The notes below the pieces were generated by a model, which saw only the letters and a list, made by a program, of their open reading frames with translations, was not told where the DNA came from and did no database searches. From an uncultured Bacteroidales bacterium (lineage in GTDB: Bacteria > Bacteroidota > Bacteroidia > Bacteroidales > UBA932), in contig CALVBH010000083.1 in the NCBI GenBank assembly GCA_944325765.1, forward strand, positions 3,064 to 67,063: 64,000 bases of DNA, in the 5' to 3' direction. How positions within the stretch are numbered: position 1 is the stretch's first letter; every line of letters begins with the position of its first letter. The position numbers and the translations under genes are program-made. Shown here piece by piece: positions 58,868-64,000 of this stretch.

Positions 58868-60475
58868 ATGAAGGGGTTGAATTTTATTTCTACACTTCTT
58901 CTCATCTTCGGTCTGCCGGTTTTCTACACACAGTGTACGGAGACCGGCACTCTTGACCCTGACGGCACGGAGCAGGGCGGCGGGGAAACCGGAGGCGATG
59001 AGGAAAATCCGGACACCGACCCGGATGACGGACAGGACGAACCGCCTGTTGAGGAAACATACTACTACACTCAGGTGACTTCGGAACTGTCCGACTGGAC
59101 GGGAGAATATCTCATTACATACTCGGACGGTGAACGCATACTGGTTCTCGACGGGTTCAACGATAAATACGGCACCGGCGACACTGACCTGGCTTCAGCG
59201 CTGACGGCAGACGGCATTCCGGCCGAAATCGGAGACAGATACAAGGCTGTAGTGTCGGCTTCCGGAAGCGGATATTCGATTTATGTCAGCAATATAGGCT
59301 ATATAGGATTTTCGGGGACAAAAAACAGTCTGTCGCAGAACACCTCAGATTCTCCGAACCAGGAGACCGATATCTGGAAAATTTCATTAAGCGGCGGGCT
59401 CTGCCCGGCCAATGACAATGGCTATTCGCTGAAATGGAATCCGAGTGCTCCGCGATTCGCCTGCTACAGGGAAAGTTCTACAAACTGCGTATCGGTTACT
59501 CTGTACAAACGTTCCGCAGATTCCGGCGAAATACCTGATCCGGGACCTGAGGATCCCGATGAGAATCCGGACGAGCCTGATCCAGACCCGGACCCGACCC
59601 CTGAGCCTGATCCGGAGCCGCAGCCGGGTGCTACGGGAGCCAATACTAACGGATGGCTGAAGAACTGGGAAATACCGGCAGCGGCCGTGGCGATGGAAGA
59701 GGGAGTGCCGTACAGTGAGGTGATAAATGAAAGTCTTTCCGGGGCTCTCGCATACACATACAAATGCGAAAATCAGAACCAGCTCATCGTAACGCACACT
59801 TATACTGACAGAGGCAGACGTGTCAGGAACTATACCATGCTTTTCGATGCTACTAAAAAGGCTGCCCTATGGGAAGCATACGGTATGCACAAGGACAATT
59901 GGTGGGACGATAATGTCGGACGACGCAAAAACTGGAAATACGACCCGGCGATTCCGAAAGACTGGCAGTCGGCAGGATGTACCAGCAACTACCATAAAGG
60001 GCATCAGGTAGCTTCCAATGACAGGCAGGCCAACATAACGGCAAACCAACAGACCTTTTACCTCTCAAACCAGACACCGCAATGGCAGACACAGTTTAAC
60101 GACGGGGTATGGAACCAACTTGAGCAAGATGTCCAGAACAATGCTCCAACTGGCAGGGATACGTTGTACGTAGTAACTGGTCCCCTCTACCAAAACAATA
60201 TGACGGAAACCGATGACGGAGGCGAGACCGTCCCTATACCGTCCGCATACTGGAAATGCATCATGCTCTGCTCCTTCGACAGTTCCGGAAACATGACCGA
60301 TGCCAAGGGCATAGGCTACTATTTCCCGAAGAATGCGGCGTATACCGGAGACAAATACTACAACTACTCCACCACCATCGACGAGGTGGAGGAAATCTGC
60401 GGCTTCGACCTGTTCGCCAATGTCCCGGAAGAGCTCCAGACAAAGGCTGAGAGCATCGAAACAGAGTTGTTTTAA
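58868..60475 (+). CDS. Lipoprotein DNA/RNA non-specific endonuclease
   Basis: Signal peptide ending in Cys23 then an acidic stretch; RNYTMLFD, HKGH (DRGH-like), NQTPQ, FNDGVWNQLE, YVVTGP, TIDEVEEICGFDLF. Confidence 0.9.
   Translation: MKGLNFISTLLLIFGLPVFYTQCTETGTLDPDGTEQGGGETGGDEENPDTDPDDGQDEPPVEETYYYTQVTSELSDWTGEYLITYSDGERILVLDGFNDKYGTGDTDLASALTADGIPAEIGDRYKAVVSASGSGYSIYVSNIGYIGFSGTKNSLSQNTSDSPNQETDIWKISLSGGLCPANDNGYSLKWNPSAPRFACYRESSTNCVSVTLYKRSADSGEIPDPGPEDPDENPDEPDPDPDPTPEPDPEPQPGATGANTNGWLKNWEIPAAAVAMEEGVPYSEVINESLSGALAYTYKCENQNQLIVTHTYTDRGRRVRNYTMLFDATKKAALWEAYGMHKDNWWDDNVGRRKNWKYDPAIPKDWQSAGCTSNYHKGHQVASNDRQANITANQQTFYLSNQTPQWQTQFNDGVWNQLEQDVQNNAPTGRDTLYVVTGPLYQNNMTETDDGGETVPIPSAYWKCIMLCSFDSSGNMTDAKGIGYYFPKNAAYTGDKYYNYSTTIDEVEEICGFDLFANVPEELQTKAESIETELF
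59534..59627 (+). repeat. Pro/Asp/Glu dipeptide-repeat linker (PDPGPEDPDENPDEPDPDPDPTPEPDPEPQP)
   Basis: Degenerate 6-bp repeats between the N-terminal domain and the nuclease domain. Confidence 0.8.
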
Positions 60476-60485
60476 TTGATGGTTT

Positions 60486-61106
60486 TCAGCCGATCAGTTC
60501 TCTGATTTTGTCGACAAGGATGGTGCGGACGAAATCGTCCTCCATAAAGTGCGAACCGGGATACATAGAGAAAGTGTCACCGAAATATTTCCGGTAGGTC
60601 CTGATGCTCACGATACCGGACTTGCGGTAATGGTCCCTGGTTCCGAAAAAGGCGAAGAAACAGTCTCTGCTACCATAGCGGGGGCTGTTTTTCAATGCAT
60701 TGCGCCGATGCTCCATATAGCGGCGCATTACCCTGTATGTAAAATGAATCTTCTGTCTGTCCCCCTCCTTCGGCCTGTATATCAGGTCGAGAATCCACGA
60801 AACCCCCGGAATCATAGCCAGCCAGGCCAGATACCCGAAATACAGCGGAGCATTCAGGGCCGGGGACACCAGAATATGCGGGATACCGGCTATCCTGATG
60901 GCATTCAGGGAACCGAGGGACTCCCCTATTATCAGCGCCGGCGAGAGCTCTTCCACCCACTCCGAAATCTGCCTTTCCGAGATTCCGGGATCGAAACTGT
61001 AGGTCCGGACCACTACCCCGTCGATATGTTCGCCAAGTATCGAGGGAATCCGGCTGTCACCTCCCCCGCCCATTCCATGTATGTAAAGTATGGTTTTCCT
61101 GTCCAT
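60486..61106 (-). CDS. YqiA/YcfP-like alpha/beta hydrolase
   Basis: ILYIHGMGG, GESLG nucleophile elbow, SPAL, C-terminal Asp and His. Start set at ATG 61106. Confidence 0.82.
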   Translation of the reverse strand: MDRKTILYIHGMGGGGDSRIPSILGEHIDGVVVRTYSFDPGISERQISEWVEELSPALIIGESLGSLNAIRIAGIPHILVSPALNAPLYFGYLAWLAMIPGVSWILDLIYRPKEGDRQKIHFTYRVMRRYMEHRRNALKNSPRYGSRDCFFAFFGTRDHYRKSGIVSIRTYRKYFGDTFSMYPGSHFMEDDFVRTILVDKIRELIG

Positions 61107-61132
61107 CGCCTCCCCTGAAAGATAAATTTCGC

Positions 61133-61192
61133 CAAATTTAGATTTTTTTATCCAATCCTGAGACAATATTTCACCGTTTCCCGCTATCTTTG
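61133..61192. promoter_or_regulatory. Divergent -7 boxes: TAAATTTG (-, 61133-61140) and TATCTTTG (+, 61185-61192)
   Basis: TAnnTTTG consensus. Confidence 0.65.
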
Positions 61193-61236
61193 TAAATTCG
61201 TGTCTTAATTTTTGAATTAATTGAACAATGACAATA

Positions 61237-62424
61237 ATGAAAAAATTAGTTTTTAGTGCCATTCTGGCAATGACGGTTCTCGGTGCTTACGCACAGGAGA
61301 AAAAAGACACCGTGAAGAAGAATCCTGGCTATGAATTCACCGTAATCAAGGAAAACCCCATCACATCCATCAAGGACCAGTACCGTTCAGGTACCTGCTG
61401 GTGCTTTTCGACATTGTCTTTCATAGAATCGGAAATCATCAGGGAAAAGGGCATCGACAGTCTGGATCTCTCCGAAATGTTCGTGGTTTCCAAGTCATAC
61501 CACGACAGGGCAGCCAAATACGTAAGGCTTGACGGGCACCTGAATTTCGCTGCGGGCAGTTCATTCGGAGATGTACTGCATGTGATAGAAGACTACGGTA
61601 TCGTACCGCAGGAAGCCATGCCGGGACTGGAGTACGGGACGGAAAAGCCGGAACATTTCGAGATGGACGAAGGTCTTAAAGGCTATGTGGAAGGCATCGT
61701 GAAGAATCCGAACAGAAAACTGACCACTGCCTGGCTGAACGGACTGGACGGCATCCTCGAAGCCTACCTCGGGGAAATCCCGGAGACTTTCGAAGTGGAC
61801 GGAGTGACTTATACCCCGGAATCATACAGGGACTTCCTCGGCATTAATCCGGACGACTATGTATCCCTGACTTCATTCACCCATCATCCTTTCTATTCGC
61901 AGTTCGTCATCGAAGTGTGCGACAACTGGAGATGGGATCTGTCATACAACCTTCCGCTGGATGAACTCATGGAAGTGATGTACAATGCCATAGACAAAGG
62001 TTACACCATCGCCTGGGGTACGGATGTCAGCGAAGCAGGCTTTACGCGTGACGGAATAGCTACGGTTCCCGACACCGACAGAAAGGTGACTGCCGGCTCC
62101 GACCAGGAAAAATGGGTGGGAAAATCCGCGGAAAAGGCCGATGAGGCGGAAGTAAAGGCTGAAAAAGTCATCACACAGGAAATGAGACAGGACGGATACG
62201 ACAGGAAAACCACCACGGATGACCACGGAATGCAGATTTACGGCCTGGCCGAAGACCAGAACGGGAACAAGTTCTTCATGGTCAAGAATTCCTGGGGAGA
62301 GACCGGGAAATACAAGGGTATATGGTATGCATCCGATGCTTTCGTCAGATACAAGACCATGAATATCGTGGTTCACAAGAACGCCGTTCCGAAAGATATC
62401 AGAAAGAAGCTCGGAATAAAGTAA
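61237..62424 (+). CDS. pepC: Secreted aminopeptidase C (papain-like C1 family)
   Basis: Signal peptide, QYRSGTCWCFS, DDHGM, KNSWG. Confidence 0.9.
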   Translation: MKKLVFSAILAMTVLGAYAQEKKDTVKKNPGYEFTVIKENPITSIKDQYRSGTCWCFSTLSFIESEIIREKGIDSLDLSEMFVVSKSYHDRAAKYVRLDGHLNFAAGSSFGDVLHVIEDYGIVPQEAMPGLEYGTEKPEHFEMDEGLKGYVEGIVKNPNRKLTTAWLNGLDGILEAYLGEIPETFEVDGVTYTPESYRDFLGINPDDYVSLTSFTHHPFYSQFVIEVCDNWRWDLSYNLPLDELMEVMYNAIDKGYTIAWGTDVSEAGFTRDGIATVPDTDRKVTAGSDQEKWVGKSAEKADEAEVKAEKVITQEMRQDGYDRKTTTDDHGMQIYGLAEDQNGNKFFMVKNSWGETGKYKGIWYASDAFVRYKTMNIVVHKNAVPKDIRKKLGIK

Positions 62425-62448
62425 GTCTGACAGGAAAACGCTGATGCT

Positions 62449-63171
62449 ATGAATATTGTCAGGCATATTCCCAACACTATCACATCTATGAACCTGCTGT
62501 GCGGGTGCATAGGTGTGATATTCGCTATGGAGGGTGACCTCGGAGCGGCATTCCTGCTGATGCTCGCGGCTGCCCTCTGTGATTTTTTTGACGGTCTGAG
62601 TGCCAGGCTGCTGAACGCCTACTCGGCCTTGGGCAAGGAACTCGATTCCCTGGCTGATCTGGTAAGTTTCGGTGTCCTTCCGGCTATGATGTTCAGGGAG
62701 GCCGTGCTGTCCGCCGGATTAGGCGGGGTCTGGGCTTTCGTTCCTGTCCTTATAATCATTTTTTCAGCTCTCCGGCTGGCAGAGTTCAACATCGACGATT
62801 CCCAGGCGGAGAATTTCCTCGGACTTCCGACACCTGCCTGCGCCATGATAGTGGGTTCGTTCGTACATTATGTGGCGGTCACTCCCGACAGTTTTATGCT
62901 CGGATGGCTTTCGAGCAGGGTTTTCGTATGTCTGTCGACAGCCGTCCTCTGTGCTCTGCTGGTGAGCCGCATCCCGATGTTTTCGATGAAATTCAAGAAA
63001 GGGAACAAGGCTGTTACACCAGTCTACAGGATGAGGATAGCGTTCGTGGGAGTTTTCTGCGTCTGCACGGTGCTCGTGGCTCTTCTCGGGCTGAACTGGT
63101 CTATGATTATCCTGCTGTCTTTCGTCATCTACGTGATAATGAATCTGGTGAACGCAGTATTCAATCAATAG
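62449..63171 (+). CDS. pssA: CDP-diacylglycerol--serine O-phosphatidyltransferase
   Basis: IPNTIT, DFFDGLSAR...GKELDSLADLVSFG, RLAEFN, FLGLPTP. Confidence 0.93.
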   Translation: MNIVRHIPNTITSMNLLCGCIGVIFAMEGDLGAAFLLMLAAALCDFFDGLSARLLNAYSALGKELDSLADLVSFGVLPAMMFREAVLSAGLGGVWAFVPVLIIIFSALRLAEFNIDDSQAENFLGLPTPACAMIVGSFVHYVAVTPDSFMLGWLSSRVFVCLSTAVLCALLVSRIPMFSMKFKKGNKAVTPVYRMRIAFVGVFCVCTVLVALLGLNWSMIILLSFVIYVIMNLVNAVFNQ

Positions 63172-63177
63172 GACGTT

Positions 63178-63256
63178 GCGACTCTCTGCCGAAGCGCCTC
63201 CCCACTTCGTGGGTCCCCTCCCTTTTCGGGAGCCAATGGCTTCGGCAAAGAGTTGC
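63178..63256. repeat. Y-shaped palindromic element (18-bp outer inverted repeat enclosing two mini-hairpins)
   Basis: GCGACTCTCTGCCGAAGC/GCTTCGGCAAAGAGTTGC (16 of 18 match); inner CCCAC-TTC-GTGGG and CTCCC-TTTTC-GGGAG. Confidence 0.75.
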
Positions 63257-63285
63257 TTCCTCAAAAATGGATGTTAATCTACGAA

Positions 63286-64000
63286 TTAGCGGCGACGGAC
63301 GGCACGGACTTTATAGCTGGTATTCCTATCCGACGAAGATGTCACTCCGCCGATGGTGTATGAATAAGCATTTTTGTTATCATTTATCGCCGTAGATGTC
63401 CAATACGTACCTGTTAAAGGAGTTGAATCAGAATCGCTTGCATCTATCTTCATATTGGGGGCTTCATTGCTGGCAGGGAGATACCATACGAGATTCTCTT
63501 GTCGAAGAATGGCTCTTTCAACTTGTTGTCCCTGTTCTGAAGTTACTTCCTTATTAAATTTGTTTTTCAATGCGCAAACACGTGCTGCAAATACTGTAGG
63601 ATTTGTCGGCAATTCTTTATCCGGATGCATACCCCATTCCTCCAACATCTGCATTATAGCCGACGCATCATTTATTCCGTCAAAATTATACAACTCGTAT
63701 GTGTTTTGGTTGCCGTTATTCATATCCGTAGCAACATCTAACGGAGAGATTTTACTAAAATCTATTATAACATGGTCATAATACGGGATAATACTAATAT
63801 CATGCTTGACAAATTCATCATTGTTAAACAAGCCTAAATAGAAAAAAAGGATGATTCTAGAGAAAAAGCCTATATCTTCAGCATCGTATGTTATTCTCAT
63901 ATCAGTATCCCACTTGAAGCCCCAAGGATAGCCGGTATAACCTTCATCGTACTCTTCGATTCTTTCACAGCCAAGGTCACCGTTCCAGCTTGGGTAATGC
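63286..64000 (-). CDS. 3' end of a pilus-tip/adhesin-like protein with a DUF1566 (Lcl/C-type-lectin-like) C-terminus; 5' part outside the window
   Basis: The frame stays open past the ORF-track start to the window edge (HYPSWNGDLGCERIEE...YPWGFKW). Motifs AARVCALKN, WYLPA, YWTST, VRAVR. Low GC. Confidence 0.65.
   Translation of the reverse strand, partial: HYPSWNGDLGCERIEEYDEGYTGYPWGFKWDTDMRITYDAEDIGFFSRIILFFYLGLFNNDEFVKHDISIIPYYDHVIIDFSKISPLDVATDMNNGNQNTYELYNFDGINDASAIMQMLEEWGMHPDKELPTNPTVFAARVCALKNKFNKEVTSEQGQQVERAILRQENLVWYLPASNEAPNMKIDASDSDSTPLTGTYWTSTAINDNKNAYSYTIGGVTSSSDRNTSYKVRAVRRR

Noticed and set aside
59534-59627. Short repeats as a CRISPR array or contingency locus
   Set aside because: They are degenerate in-frame Pro/Asp linker codons with no spacers and no cas genes.

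Overview
A 64 kb window of mostly core chromosome from a moderately high-GC Bacteroidales bacterium. The assignment rests on TAnnTTTG -7 promoters, AT-rich translation starts without Shine-Dalgarno sites, PorT-like and Big_5 outer-membrane genes and an E-C-A-B-D-I-K V-ATPase; a Rikenellaceae/'Cryptobacteroides'-like gut lineage is my inference. Order: the decayed, lower-GC end of a probable integrative element (AraC, GNAT, truncated YitT-like gene, 1-1765); PPi-type pfk; ligA-thioesterase-yihY-relA-Ig lipoprotein-beta-barrel-ispG; rsfS-ftsH-cdsA-psd-CNNM; birA; a glf-wzi-epimerase-ugd sugar module; a split-P glycine cleavage operon; a secreted choloylglycine hydrolase; PtpA- and DPP-IV-type S9 peptidases; pyrF; an M20 dipeptidase; glmM with a degenerate NamZ homolog; L31; a four-helix sensor-trkH-RecD-like helicase operon; ffh; lysA; a deoxyhypusine-synthase-like gene with a membrane AraC; a Na+-type V-ATPase followed by a surface nuclease; aminopeptidase C; pssA; and the 3' end of a low-GC adhesin-like gene. 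I found no rRNA, tRNA, CRISPR array, integrase, transposase or reverse transcriptase. Best leads: (i) a NamZ/GH171 homolog lacking its signal peptide and active-site motifs, translationally coupled to glmM; (ii) a three-stem leader RNA with an alternative pairing upstream of pfk; (iii) an output-less four-helix/HAMP sensor next to a trkH with no local trkA; (iv) the DHS-like/AraC/lysA divergon; (v) mosaic surface genes and cGAAg-loop palindromic elements; (vi) an in-frame palindromic micro-insertion in a GNAT gene. All homology calls come from motif recognition by eye; no database searches were run.
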